A DNA stretch of 62,233 nt from Macrostomum lignano (taxonomy: Eukaryota): assembly GCA_002269645.1 (NCBI GenBank), contig NIVC01004059.1, positions 1-62,233 on the forward strand, written 5' to 3'. A program made the position numbers and the translations under genes. Below, one piece after another: positions 25,316-38,345 of the stretch; position 1 is the first letter of the stretch, and each line of letters starts with the position of its first letter. Below the pieces are notes generated by a model. That model saw nothing but the letters and a program-made list of their open reading frames with translations, made no database searches and had not been told where the DNA came from.

Positions 25316-25877
25316 CAATACTAATCATGAAAGCCACTTTAATGTCAAAATTCTGTCCCACAATTGTCCAGACTGTGACTCTGGAAAGCCACACAAACGT
25401 GACACAAAGAGCCGCCAGTGTGCGGGACTACCTGCTCGCCTGCCTCTTCATTGTTGAGTCAATCGGATCCTGGCAAATAAACATGACTAACGCACGAATT
25501 TGAATAGGCGCTTTTCTTTGACAAAAAATTGGCAGAAAATGTACCCCGGCTTCCCCTCTTGAACCGGAAGCTGAGTACTGCTGCTTTGCAGAAAAAGTCC
25601 CTACCCAGCTATTGTACTCTGAATCTTGATAGCCATGGTCTACAGGAAATGCCAACAGCATTTTTATGGCGCAGAAGCTCAGTGTGTGCATGGCGCAGCT
25701 CAGTCTGCGATGAAATTTCTTGTTTCAATAATTAATATGCGAGTAAGAATGCACTGGGAATCTTTATTGGCGTGGGATTATACAAGCTGAATTACTGTTT
25801 TGGATAAAAGTCCCAATTTTGGGAACTGCCTGTACAGTATTATTGGAACCGATACAGATCTCTGACTGAGCTATCAC

Positions 25878-26540
25878 CCCTCAGACCCCAGTTACTCTCT
25901 GCCACAGCCCGAACATCCGATCCACCACCCCTCAGACCCCAGTTTCTCTCTGCCCCAGCCCGCACATCCCACCCACCACCCCTCAGACCCCAGTTTCTCT
26001 CTGCCCCAGCCCGCACATCAGACCCACCATCCCCTCAGACCCCAGTTACTCTCTGCCACAGCCCGAACATCCGATCCACCACCCCTCAGACCCCAGTTTC
26101 TCTCTGCCCCAGCCCGCACATCCGACCCACCACCCCTCAGACCCCAGTTTCTCTCTGCCCCAGCCCGCACATCCGACCCACCATCCCCTCAACCGCCAGT
26201 TTCTCTCTGCCCCAGCCCGCACATCAGACCCACCATCCCCTCAGACCCCAGTTACTCTCTGCCACAGCCCGAACATCCGATCCACCACCCCTCAGACCCC
26301 AGTTTCTCTCTGCCCCAGCCCGCACATCCGACCCACCACCCCTCAGACCCCAGTTTCTCTCTGCCCCAGCCCGCACATCCGACCCACCATCCCCTCAGAC
26401 GCCAGTTTCTCTCTGCCCCAGCCCGCACATCAGACCCACCATCCCCTCAGACCCCAGTTACTCTCTGCCCCAGCCCGCACATCCGACCCACCACCCCTCA
26501 GACCCCAGTTTCTCTCTGCCACAGCCGTACATCCGACCCA
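25878..26540. repeat. 51-52-bp C-rich minisatellite (CCCTCAGACCCCAGTTTCTCTCTGCCCCAGCCCGCACATCCGACCCACCAC...), ~13 units
   Basis: Direct reading; period 51-52. Confidence 0.95.
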
Positions 26541-26899
26541 CTTCACTTTCAGCACTTGAAATGTCTCTAAAATTACATCAAATCTCTTGGAGATGCAAAG
26601 CCAGGTGTTCTATTTGCGGAAGGTGATATTGTGTCACGCAGTAAAAACATGACAAGCACAGATTTATGAATATTAAATATGCAAACAAACTCTTCACAAA
26701 GCCAGATTGCTGCTATCCACAGATGTTTTCTGTCTATCCTTGCTTTTCACAGGTGAACAATCATTTCGACTGGGTTCGTGACTGTAAATATTTCTAGGGT
26801 CTGAATTAGGAGAAACAGATTTGTAGCGAATTTATGCATGGTTGGCTGGCTTGAGGTGTTTGTAATCATGCGGGGCCAGCTCTGACTTGGTAACCTCTC

Positions 26900-27275
26900 C
26901 CCACCCCCTAGTTAACCCCTCTCCACACCCCTAGTTTAACCCTAATTAAAACATCCCCACCGCTAGTTAATCTCTCCCGCCACACCTATTTAACCCCTCC
27001 GCCTCCTAGTAACCAACACCTACTAACCCCATCCCCTAGTAACCTCCAGCCCCCTAGTAACCCTCCAGACCCCTAGTAACCCTCCAGACCCCTAGTAACC
27101 CCTTAGCCCCCTAGTAACCCCCCAGACACCTAGTAACCCCCACAGCCCCGTAGCAACTCCTTAGCCCCCGTAGTAACCCCCGAGCCCCCCTAGTAACCCT
27201 CAGCCCCAAGTAGCCCCCATCCCCCTAGTTACCCCCGAGCCTCATAGTAACCCTCAGCCCCTAGTAACCCCCCAG
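26900..27275. repeat. Degenerate ~18-20-bp repeat with CCCTAGTAACCC core
   Basis: Recurrent CTAGTAACC motif in C-rich context. Confidence 0.8.
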
Positions 27276-27876
27276 CCCCAAGCTGCCAAGCTATCTCGTT
27301 TACAACCCATTTCACAGAAGCAGATACGTGAAATACAATCTCTCAGACTTCAAGACAGAAAGACAAGTACAAGCTCGACTTGCCGTTCGTTCCGCGCTTG
27401 TTCTTTCTTGTCTTTGGATCAGCTCAATTAATCCCTGGCGTGCATCCAATCCAGCTACCCGGCGCCACTACCCGCTGTGCTATCTTGAGTCGTTCGTCAG
27501 CTAATTTTAAACCTCTATCTCTCTCTGTGCCCGTGTCCGACTGTCACCGGGTCTGTTCCCTCGTGCCGTCTCGGATGGATAATCTGGATTGAGCTGGCTA
27601 GGAGGTAACTCGGCGCAGAGCTGTCTCAGACGGATCAGGCATAGAGAACTCGATCTTTGTCAGTTCCCTAGCTGCTGCTTCAATTTCGTTTCCCTTTCTT
27701 TCATCGCACGAGTCTGAGAACTCACCTTTATTCCCTCTGCCTTAGCCTGAGTTTCCGGCTATTACTAAATGTAAGCCTGCTTGTTGCACCTTTGCGTTCT
27801 TAGGCATTAAGAATTTTGAGGATTTCAAAGCCTACAAGCTGAGTGTCAAGAACAGGATTTTAGTTACATGCCAAGA

Positions 27877-28825
27877 TGGATTTGAGGCTTCAAATGAGGA
27901 TTTGGATTTGAGGCTTCAAATGAGGATTTGGATTTGAGGCTTCAAATGAGGATTTGGATTTGAGGCTTCAAATGAGGATTTGGATTTGAGGCTCCAAATG
28001 AGGATTTGGATTTGAGGCTTCAAATGAGGATTTGAATTTGAGGCTTCAAATGAGGATTTGGATTTAAGGCTCCAAATGAGGATTTGGATTTGAGGCTTCA
28101 AATGAGGATTTGAATTTGAGGCTTCAAATGAGGATTTGGATTTGAGGCTTCAAATGAGGATTTGGATTTGAGGCTTCAAATGAGGATGGATTTGAGGGTC
28201 CAATATTTGAATTTGAGGCTCAAAATGAGGACTTGGATTTGAGGCTTCAAATGAAGATTTGGATTTGAGGCTCAAACTGAGGATTTGGATTTGAGGCTCA
28301 AAATGAGGATTTGGATTTGAGGCTTCAAATGAGGATTTGGATTTGAGGCTCCAAATGAGGATTTGGATTTGAGGCTCCAAATGAGGATTTGGATTTGAGG
28401 CTGCAAATGAGGATTTGGATTTGAGGCTTCAAATGAGGATTTGGATTTGAGGCTCCAAAGGAGGATTTGGATTTGAGGCTTCAAATGAGGATTTGGATTT
28501 GAGGCTCCAAATGAGGATTTGGATTTGAGGCTCCAAATGAGGATTTGGATTTGAGGCTTCAAATGAGGATTTGGATTTGAGGCTCCAAATGATGATGGAT
28601 TTGAGGGTCCAATATTTGAATTTGAGGCTCAAAATGAGGACTTGGATTTGAGGCTCAAAATGAGGATTTGGATTTGAGGCTCCAAATGATGATGGATTTG
28701 AGGCTCCAAATGATGATGGATTTGAGGCTCCAAATGATGATGGATTTGAGGCTCCAAATGATGATGGATTTAAAGCGCGACGTGAGCATGGATTAGAGGC
28801 GCCATGTGAGAGTGGATTTGAGGCG
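27877..28825. repeat. 26-bp minisatellite (TTTGAGGCTTCAAATGAGGATTTGGA)n
   Basis: Direct reading; each unit holds the inverted repeat ATTTGA-GGCT-TCAAAT. Confidence 0.96.
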
Positions 28826-28955
28826 CCAAGTGTTTTGAGGCTGACAGTCAATGTTCAGTCTTCTACTCAGTCCGATGTGACTGTCTTATCTTGTTTAAAA
28901 TCCGAAATCAGAGATTGGGAAAAATATTAATCCCAAATAAACATCCGATACCTCC

Positions 28956-29000
28956 CAGCCAATGGCGGAGCGCCCAGCCAGAGTCCCAAAACCAGCCAAT
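28956..29000 (+). promoter_or_regulatory. Two CAGCCAAT (CCAAT/NF-Y-like) boxes, candidate promoter of the nuclear receptor gene
   Basis: CCAAT at 28959-28963 and 28996-29000, 37 bp apart, 125-165 bp upstream of the ATG. Motif match only. Confidence 0.3.
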
Positions 29001-29124
29001 AAAAATGGCTTGGAAAGAGCCGAGTTTAAAATACTTTAGCAGAGAGCTCTGAGATCTTTTCAGCTGAGCAAACAAAGCTGGGATACTCTGAATCATTTGA
29101 AATCCCTCCAACTATATACTAGCC

Positions 29125-29573
29125 ATGTCCTGCCATCAGCCGCTAATGACGGTCCCGAGTTCGAATCCGTCATCTTCTGCAGTTTTGCTAGCATCGACAA
29201 ACCAGCTGTCACCGGGTGCCGCCGCCGCCGCCGCCGCCGCCTCAGCTGTCTGCGTCGTGTGCCGGTCCGCAGGCGCCTCGTTGCACTACGGGGTGCTCAC
29301 CTGCTCAGCCTGCATGAACTTCTTTCGCAGAACCGTGACGGAGAACCTGCAGTACCGCTGCCAGGAGGCGGGCAACTGCCAGCTCGCTGGGGTGGAGAAT
29401 CGAACCAAGTGCCGCCAGTGCCGCTGGAATCGCTGCCTGCTGGCGGGCATGCGGCCCGAAGGAGTCAGCGGAGCACCCGGCCAGATGCCGCCGCCACCGC
29501 CGCCTCCACCACCGCCGACGACGAGACTGCCGGCACAGTCGGGACTCCCGCAGCAGCAGCAGCAGCAATCTAG
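29125..29573 (+). CDS. Nuclear hormone receptor, exon 1: poly-Ala, two C4 zinc fingers (DBD), poly-Pro/Gln hinge
   Basis: CVVC-x13-CSAC-MNFFRR...C-x5-C-x10-CRQC-RWNRCLLAGM matches the NR DBD. gccATG start; AG|GTAGAA donor, phase 2. Confidence 0.92.
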
Positions 29574-29574
29574 G

Positions 29575-30126
29575 TAGAATGGATTGCTAATCTATCTCTC
29601 ACCTGGTTAGAATGGATTGCTAATCTATCTCTCACCTGATTAGAATGGATTGCTAATCTATCTCTCACCTGATTAGAATGGATTGCTAATCTATCTCTCA
29701 CCTGATTAGAATGGATTGCTAATCTATCTCTCACCTGATTAGAATGGATTGCTAATCTATCTCTCACCTGATTAGAATGGATTGCTAATCTATCTCTCAC
29801 CTGATTAGAATGGATTGCTAATCTATCTCTCACCTGATTAGAATGGATTGCTAATCTATCTCTCACCTGATTAGAATGGATTGCTAATCTATCTCTCACC
29901 TGATTAGAATGGATTGCTAATCTATCTCTCACCTGATTAGAATGGATTGCTAATCTATGTCTCGCACAATGAGAATGGATTGCTAATTTATCTCTCGCAC
30001 AATGAGAATGGATTGCTAATCTATCTCTCGCACAATGAGAATGGATTGCTAATCTATCTCTCGCACAATGAGAATGGATTGCTAATCTATCTCTCGCACA
30101 ATGAGAATGGATTGCTAATCTATCTC
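29575..30126. repeat. 33-bp intronic minisatellite: TAGAATGGATTGCTAATCTATCTCT+CACCTGAT (x11), switching to ...CGCACAATG (x5)
   Basis: Direct reading; fills NR intron 1. Confidence 0.97.
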
Positions 30127-30166
30127 ATCCGTCAATCTAAAGCCTCAATCTCATCCTCACACCCAG

Positions 30167-30578
30167 GATGCCTGCAGGTCCTTCATTAATGCGGAGCCCC
30201 CAACAACAGCAACAACAGCAGCAACAGCAGCAACAGATGGAGTTACAGCTGTACACCAACCCATACCTGTACCACCTGTGCAACATCGACATCCGGATAC
30301 TGCATCTGAACCTCACAGGCCGCCCTCAGGCCGCCAGCTTCTCTGGCTCGGCATCACAGAATCGCGATGTGGACGCCTGGCTCTGCCTCATCGAGGGTTT
30401 CGTAGGCGAGCTGATCCGCTGGTGCAAGGATCTGTCCGGCTTCAGCGCTCTGAAGTCTACGGACCAGTCGGCCCTGATCAGAGCCAACGGCACCAAGCTG
30501 CTCTGCTTCCAGGTGATCTGCAACTCGCTGCCATATCAGGGCTACCTGAGATTCAGCTCCAACTTCAGCCTGCACCAG
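30167..30578 (+). CDS. Nuclear hormone receptor, exon 2: poly-Gln hinge and LBD helices 3-5
   Basis: cccag|G acceptor restores the phase-2 codon (AG|G). LIRWCKDLSGFSALKSTDQSALIR matches the LBD signature (W-x-K...F..L...DQ..L). CAG|GTAGTC donor, phase 0. Confidence 0.9.
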
Positions 30579-30594
30579 GTAGTCAATCGGTGGT

Positions 30595-31294
30595 CTGGAA
30601 CTCGGGGACAGTAGCTATGACCGGATGGAACTCGGGAACAGTAGCTATGACCGGATGGAACTCGGGGACAGTAGCTATGACCAGATGGAACTCGGGGACA
30701 GTAGCTATGACCGGATGGAACTCGGGGACAGTAGCTATGACCAGATGGAACTCGGGGACAGTAGCTATGACCGGATGGAACTCGGGGACAGTAGCTATGA
30801 CCGGATGGAACTCGGAGACAGTAGCTATGACCGGATGGAACTCGGGGACAGTAGCTATGACCGGATGGAACTCGGGGACAGTAGCTATGACCGGATGGAA
30901 CTCGGGGACAGTAGCTATGACCAGGTGGAACTCGGGGACAGTAGCTATGACCGGATGGAACTCGGGGACAGTAGCTATGACCGGGTGGAACTCGGGAACA
31001 GTAGCTATGACCAGATGGAACTCGGGAACAGTAGCTACGACCAGGTGGAACTCGGGAACAGTAGCTATGACCAGGTGGAACTCGGGGACAGTAGCTATGA
31101 CCGGATGGAACTCGGGGACAGTAGCTATGACCAGATGGAACTCGGGAACAGTAGCTATGACCGGGTGGAACTCGGGGACAGTAGCTATGACCGGGTGGAA
31201 CTCGGGGACAGTAGCTATGACCGGATGGAACTCGGGGACAGTAGCTATGACCGGATGGAACTCGGGGACAGTAGCTATGACCAGGTGGAACTCG
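30595..31294. repeat. 30-bp intronic minisatellite (CTCGGGGACAGTAGCTATGACCGGATGGAA)n
   Basis: Direct reading; NR intron 2. Confidence 0.97.
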
Positions 31295-31577
31295 AGGAAC
31301 TTAATTTTGAAGCAGCCAGTCTCACGGCAATTACTATTTGGCAAATAAAATTCTGCTCTCAAAGAGAAATTTATTTCAATTTGCAGAATAAAAAGTCAAT
31401 TCATATTCAATCTCTCAGCATGTTACCAATCAGTCGCAATTAAATTTTGCAACAATTTACCAAAATATTTAGCTGTAGAAAGAAAGAGAAAAAAAGCCAA
31501 GATAGATTCATGGCTACAATTATAAGAGTGCATGCAATTTTTACCTCAATCAATTTTATTCAATAATCCGTGAGCAG

Positions 31578-31892
31578 GTGACCACAAATTTCTGTTCACG
31601 ACGGCTGTTCAAGAAGTTGGTGTCGCTGTGCCAGTACGCCACGGAGCTGAGGGTTTCCTACTCAGAGCTGCTGCTGCTCAGGCCCATCTTCCTGCTCGAC
31701 CCACCGCAGCACCTGCAGTGGGCGGGCATGCCGCAGATCCGGGAACTGCAAAGCGGATTCCTCAGTCAGCTGATCAAGATTTGTCCGAGTGCCACCCGGC
31801 GGGAGCAACTGTTTCTGCTGCACAGGGAGCTGGCTGACTGTTGGAAGCTCATTCTTGAGCACCTTGAGAACATTCTGGCTAGTAGTGGCTAA
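31578..31892 (+). CDS. Nuclear hormone receptor, exon 3: LBD helices 7-11, stop
   Basis: gcag|GTG acceptor, phase 0. ELRVSYSELLLLRPIFLLDP fits helix 8; RREQLFLLHRELADCWKLILEHL fits helix 10/11. TAA at 31890-31892. Spliced CDS 1176 nt = 391 aa. Confidence 0.88.
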   Translation: MTTNFCSRRLFKKLVSLCQYATELRVSYSELLLLRPIFLLDPPQHLQWAGMPQIRELQSGFLSQLIKICPSATRREQLFLLHRELADCWKLILEHLENILASSG

Positions 31893-31919
31893 ATTTGTTC
31901 ATGTCTCAAGTCTCATGAT

Positions 31920-32305
31920 GAAGAGTCAGTGTTCTCAATCCCACACTTAGCTGTTAATGGGGAGTCAGTGTTCTCAATCCCACACTTAGCTGTTAATGGG
32001 GAGTCAGTGTTCTCAATCCCACACTTAGCTGTTAATGGGGAGTCAGTGTTCTCAATCCCACACTTAGCTGCTAATGGGGAGTCAGTGTTCTCAATCCCAC
32101 ACTCATCTGTTGATGAGGAGTCAGTGTTCTTAATCCCACACCTGTTGATGGGGAGCCAGTGTTTTCAATCCCACGCTTGTTGATGGGGAGTCAGTGTTCT
32201 CAATCCCACACTCATCTGTTGATGAGGAGTCAGTGTTCTAATCCCACACCTGTTGATGAGGAGTCAGTGTTCTCAATCCCACACCTGTTGCTGGGGAGTC
32301 AGTGT
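31920..32305. repeat. 39-bp minisatellite (GAGTCAGTGTTCTCAATCCCACACTTAGCTGTTAATGGG)n and 35-39-bp variants, just 3' of the NR stop
   Basis: Direct reading. Confidence 0.93.
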
Positions 32306-32744
32306 TTTCACATGTCGTTGAGTACTTTTGTCAAAAGTGATTCAAGGACTACTAGTTTCAGTAAGCTAGTAGTCCTTGAAGTCATCCTTACTAATTTTGA
32401 CAGTCAGTGTTATGGGCTTCACGCAGTCAGTACATTACGGCACAACCTTCGTGATTCTGTATAAAAAATACTTCTCGTGATCCTGTGTTATTTTTGTAAA
32501 TTTTTGTTAAAATTGACACACTGTATGAAATTTGAATTACCAGACTATATTTATTCACTGTTTCGTCTGTGTACTTAAAGGTCTGTATCGTTTAGTTGTA
32601 AAGTAAGCTTGCGTTATTTGTCCCCAAATGTTAGAGAAGTGCTGTAGAAAATAAAGCAAATATATACTGAAGCTGCTATTCATTGTGTGGCTCTGTCCGA
32701 TGTTGCAATCCGTCTTGCTTTGCTACAGACCTGCACTCTCTTTA

Positions 32745-33910
<1,166 letters not shown>

Positions 33911-34554
33911 CTAACTGCCTATCTATCAAAGTCAAAGCAAAAAGCAGTTATTCAAAAGCTTGTCTTCAATTAATTCTACAAGACAGCAATAAACAGCAAT
34001 TTAAGCCCGTCTGCTTTGACGCCTGCAGGGATTTGGGGCGGAAATTAACGTGGATGATAATGCCCCTATTTTTTTACTCGCTCTTTCTCTCTCTTCCCCT
34101 CCAGCTGCCCTAAAGGACTCGGAAGAGCTAGCTGGATCATTCCGGAATGAAAGATGATGACTCCCGCCTCCTATCCAACCCGAGCCGACATGAAAAATGA
34201 TATCCGTGCTGCTGATTAACAGGCATTTGAGCTTCATCGATTCTAGCTCAAGATGAGTTGAAATCAGATTTCGAATAGCTAAGCCCGATTCGGGGGATAA
34301 ACTGCGGATTAAAAACAGAGACTGGGCGGTGGGGGGATTTTGCGAAGAAGAAGAAATTTCTGTAACCCGGCTGTCTGCTACAAGATGAGAGTGAAAATTA
34401 ATTAACTGAATTGAACAAGAGTCACGCGCAGATTTGAGCTCATTCTAGCCGGTCTAATGAGCTGTTTGAGTTCGGTATGAGTTGCACTGTAACTTCAGCT
34501 GATTCTGTGAGCTGATGAGCATGAATTCATTTCTACAGGTTGTTTAGACAGGTA

Positions 34555-35320
34555 GAGTAGAGAAGTCGAGACTATGGCAGAAAAGTAGAGAAATGGGGTA
34601 GAGAAGTAGAGAAGTAGGGTATATAAGTAGAGTAGAGAAGTAGAGACTAGGGTAGAGAAGTAGAGACTAGGGTAGAGAAGTAGAGACTAGGGTAGAGAAG
34701 TAGAGAGTAGGGTAGAGAAGTAGAGACTAGGGTAGAGAAGTAGAGACTAGGGTAGAGAAGTAGAGAGTAGGGTAGAGAAGTAGAGAGTAGGGTAGAGAAG
34801 TAGAGACTAGGGTAGAGAAGTAGAGACTAGGGTAGAGAAGTAAAGAGTAGGGTAGAGAAGTAGAGACTAGGGTAGAGAAGTAGAGACTAGGGTAGAGAAG
34901 TAGAGACTAGGGTAGAGAAGTAGAGACTAGGGTAGAGAAGTAGAGAGTAGGGTAGAGAAGTAGAGAGTAGGGTAGAGAAGTAGAGACTAGGGTAGAGAAG
35001 TAGAGACTAGGGTAGAGAAGTAAAGAGTAGGGTAGAGAAGTAGAGACTAGGGTAGAGAAGTAGAGACTAGGGTAGAGAAGTAGAGACTAGGGTAGAGAAG
35101 TAGAGACTAGGGTAGAAAAGTAGAGACTAGGATAGAGAAGTAGAGACTAGGGTAGAGAAGTAGAGACTAGGGTAGAGAAGTAGAGACTAAGGTAGAGAAG
35201 TAGAGACTAGGGTAGAGAAGTAGAGAGTAGGGTAAAAAAGTAGAGATTACTGTAGAGAAGTAAAGAAGTAGAGTAGAAAAGCAGAGAGTAGGATAGAGGA
35301 GTAGAGAAGTAGGGTAGAGA
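34555..35320. repeat. 20-bp purine-rich minisatellite (GTAGAGAAGTAGAGACTAGG)n
   Basis: Direct reading; exact 20-bp register over 34640-35230. Confidence 0.97.
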
Positions 35321-35679
35321 AAAGATAGTAATGAGCGTGTGGTTGCGAAAGAAGCTCAATCTCATGGAAGAGAAGAAGCTAAAGTACATTTCAATCTTAT
35401 CTAGACACGATGAATGAAAGATCAAAAGGCTGCTCAACGAAATTCACCGCATCAAGCTAGAGCTCAGTATTACAGAATACAGAATAAGAGGGGACAGTCA
35501 AGAGCGAGTCAGCTTCTAATGACAGGAAGCTGGACCACGAGCTTAAAATTTGCTCTCGAAAATTTTCAGACATCAAAGGTACTTTATTGCTTAATATTTA
35601 CTAGCATTCAAGTCCTCAACTTTTGAGTGTCTTCATGGGATCCGACTGATACGACTTTCCGTGTCTGATTTTATTTTCT

Positions 35680-37280
35680 CTGAGAATCTTTCTAAGATTT
35701 TCCCTGAAATTCTCTCTGGGTTTCTCTCCAGAGATTCGCTCTGACATTCTCTCTGAGATTCTTTCTGAGATTCTTTCTGAGATTCTCCGTGAGATTATCC
35801 TGTGATTATTTCTGACATTCTCTCTGCGACTCTTTCTGAGATTCTCTTTGAGATTCTTTCTGAGATTCTCTGTGAAATTCTCTGTGAGATTCTTTGTGAG
35901 ATTATTTGTGCGATTCTCTCTGATATTCTCTCTGAGATTCTCTCTAGAGATTCTCTATGAGATTCTCTCCGAGATTTTCTGTGAGATTCTCACTGAGATT
36001 CTCTGTGAGATTCTTTGTGAGATTATTTGTGCGATTCTCTCTGATATTCTCTCTGAGATTCTCTCTAGAGATTCTCTATGAGATTCTCTCCGAAATTTTC
36101 TGTGAGATTCTCACTGAGATTCCCTGTGAGATTCTCTGTGAGATTATTTGTGACATTCTCTCTGCGACTCTTTCTGAGATTCTCTTTGAGATTCTTTCTG
36201 AGATTCTCTGTGAGGTTCTCTGTGAGACTCTGTGAGATTATTTGTGCGATTCTCTCTGATATTCTCTCTGACATTCTCACCAGAGATTCCCTGTGAGATT
36301 CTCTCTGAAATTCTCTCTGAGATTCTCTCGGAAATTCTCTCTGAAATTCTCTCTGAGATTCTCTCTGAGATTCTCTGTGAGATTCTCTCTGAGATTCTCT
36401 CGGAGATTCTCTCGGAGATTCTCTCTGAGATTCTTTCTGAGATTCTCTCTAAGATTCCCTCTGAGATTCTCTCGGAGATTCTTTCTGAGATTCGCTGAGA
36501 GGTTCGCTGTGAGATTCTCTGTGAGATTCTCTGTGAGATTCTCTGTGAGATTCTCTGAGATTCTCTGTGAGATTCCCTCTGAGAATCTCTCTGAGATTCT
36601 TTCCGAGATTCTGTCTGAGATTCTCTTTGTGATTCTTTCTGAGATTCTCTCTGACATTCTCACCAGAGATTCCCTGTGAGATTCTCTCTGAAATTCTCTC
36701 TGAGATTCTCTCGGAGATTCTCTCTGAGATTCTTTCTGAGATTCTCTCTAAGATTCCCTCTGAGATTCTCTCGGAGATTCTTTCTGAGATTCTCTCGGAG
36801 ATTCTCTCGGAGATTCTCTCGGAGATTCTCTCGGAGATTCTCTCGGAGATTCTCTCGGAGATTCTCTCTGAGATTCTTTCTGAGATTCTCTCTAAGATTC
36901 CCTCTGAGATTCTCTCGGAGATTCTTTCTGAGATTCTCTCGGAGATTCTCTCGGAGATTCTCTCTGCGACTCTTTCTGAGATTCGCTGAGAGGTTCGCTG
37001 TGAGATTCTCTGTGAGATTCTCTGTGAGATTCTCTGTGAGATTCTCTGAGATTCTCTGTGAGATTCCCTCTGAGAATCTCTCTGAGATTCTTTCCGAGAT
37101 TCTGTCTGAGATTCTCTTTGTGATTCTTTCTGAGATTCTCTGTGAGATTCTCTGAGATTCTTTCGGAGATTCTCTCTGAGATTCTCTATTCTCTCTAAGC
37201 TCTCTGAGATTCTCTGTGGGTTTCTCGGAGATTCTTTCGGAGATTCTCTGTGAGATTCTCTGAGATTCTCTCTGAGATTT
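35680..37280. repeat. Degenerate 12-bp repeat (GAGATTCTCTCT)n with internal block duplications
   Basis: Direct reading; e.g. ~120-bp duplicate at 35886/36006 and larger duplicate at ~36265/36650. Confidence 0.95.
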
Positions 37281-37834
37281 CTATCCCACCTTTGTTTAAG
37301 ATTCAACCCCTCTGTAATCTCAACTTCTTTTGAGTCCTCCAAGTCAATTAAATAATCTGCAACCAGTTACCTCACCTGCTCCCACCGCCTCCCATTCAGT
37401 TCGTTGATTTAGCAGAAGAAAAAACTGATGAATCACGTAACAACTTTTCTAGCTTTCGTTCTCTCTCCTACTGAAGACACGAGGGCTGGCGGGATTGATA
37501 ATAATCAAGACGACAATCCTATATACTAAAAATGAGTTGTTTGTTTGTACGCAATCGATTAGAGAAAAATTTGTACTCAAAAGCTGAAATCGCGTGCAGA
37601 TGACAGCAGACTTAATTTCCTATGACCTCGGGCAGGCAATTTTCCAACTGCAGCTGGTAGCCGAAAAGCTGCTGGGCTTTAATCAAAAAATTTTCTCTGA
37701 ATCGTCGGAGGCTTGAGTCCTATTGCAAGCAGACATTTCTGAAGCAGAAATCCTGATTCTCAGAAGCTCTTTCGCATTGGGGGACCTTGCTGAAACTGCA
37801 TCGAATATTTAAGTCCTGAGGAATGTTATCAATT

Positions 37835-38345
37835 AGTGACTCATAGCTCATCTCAATCTGTGACTTTGTGTTCATCTCAATCAGTGACTCACGGGTCATC
37901 TCAATCAGTGACTCACAGGTCATCTCAATAAGTGATTCACAACTCATCTCAACCAGTGACTCACATCTCATCTCGATCAGTGACTCATATCTCATCTCAA
38001 TCAGTGATTCACAGCTCATCTCAATCAGTGACTCACAACTCATCTCAATCAGTGACTCATATCTCATCTCAATCAGTGATTCACAGCTCATCTCAATCAG
38101 TGACTCACAACTCATCTCAATCAGTGACTCAAAACTCATCTCAATCAGTGAGTCACAACTCATCTCAATCAGTGACTCACAAGTCATCTCAACCAGTGAC
38201 TCACAACTCATATCAATCAGTGACTCAAAACTCATCTCAATCAGTGAGTCACAACTCATCTCAATCAGTGACTCAAAACTCATCTCAATCAGTGAGTCAC
38301 AACTCATCTCAATCAGTGATTCACAGCTCAACCTAATCAGTGACC
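37835..38345. repeat. 24-bp minisatellite (ACTCATCTCAATCAGTGACTCACA)n
   Basis: Direct reading. Confidence 0.95.

Noticed and set aside
26900-27275. Interstitial telomere-like sequence
   Set aside because: The core is CCCTAGTAAC rather than tandem CCCTAA; only one isolated TAACCCTAA.
27380-27730. GC-moderate unique stretch with coding-like appearance on the minus strand
   Set aside because: Several stops in the best frame and no recognisable motif; at most an unidentifiable relic.
30278-31443. Long ORFs running through NR intron 2 (WNSGTVAMTG / MELGDSSYDR repeats)
   Set aside because: 30-bp array. Canonical splice sites give an in-frame NR LBD without it.
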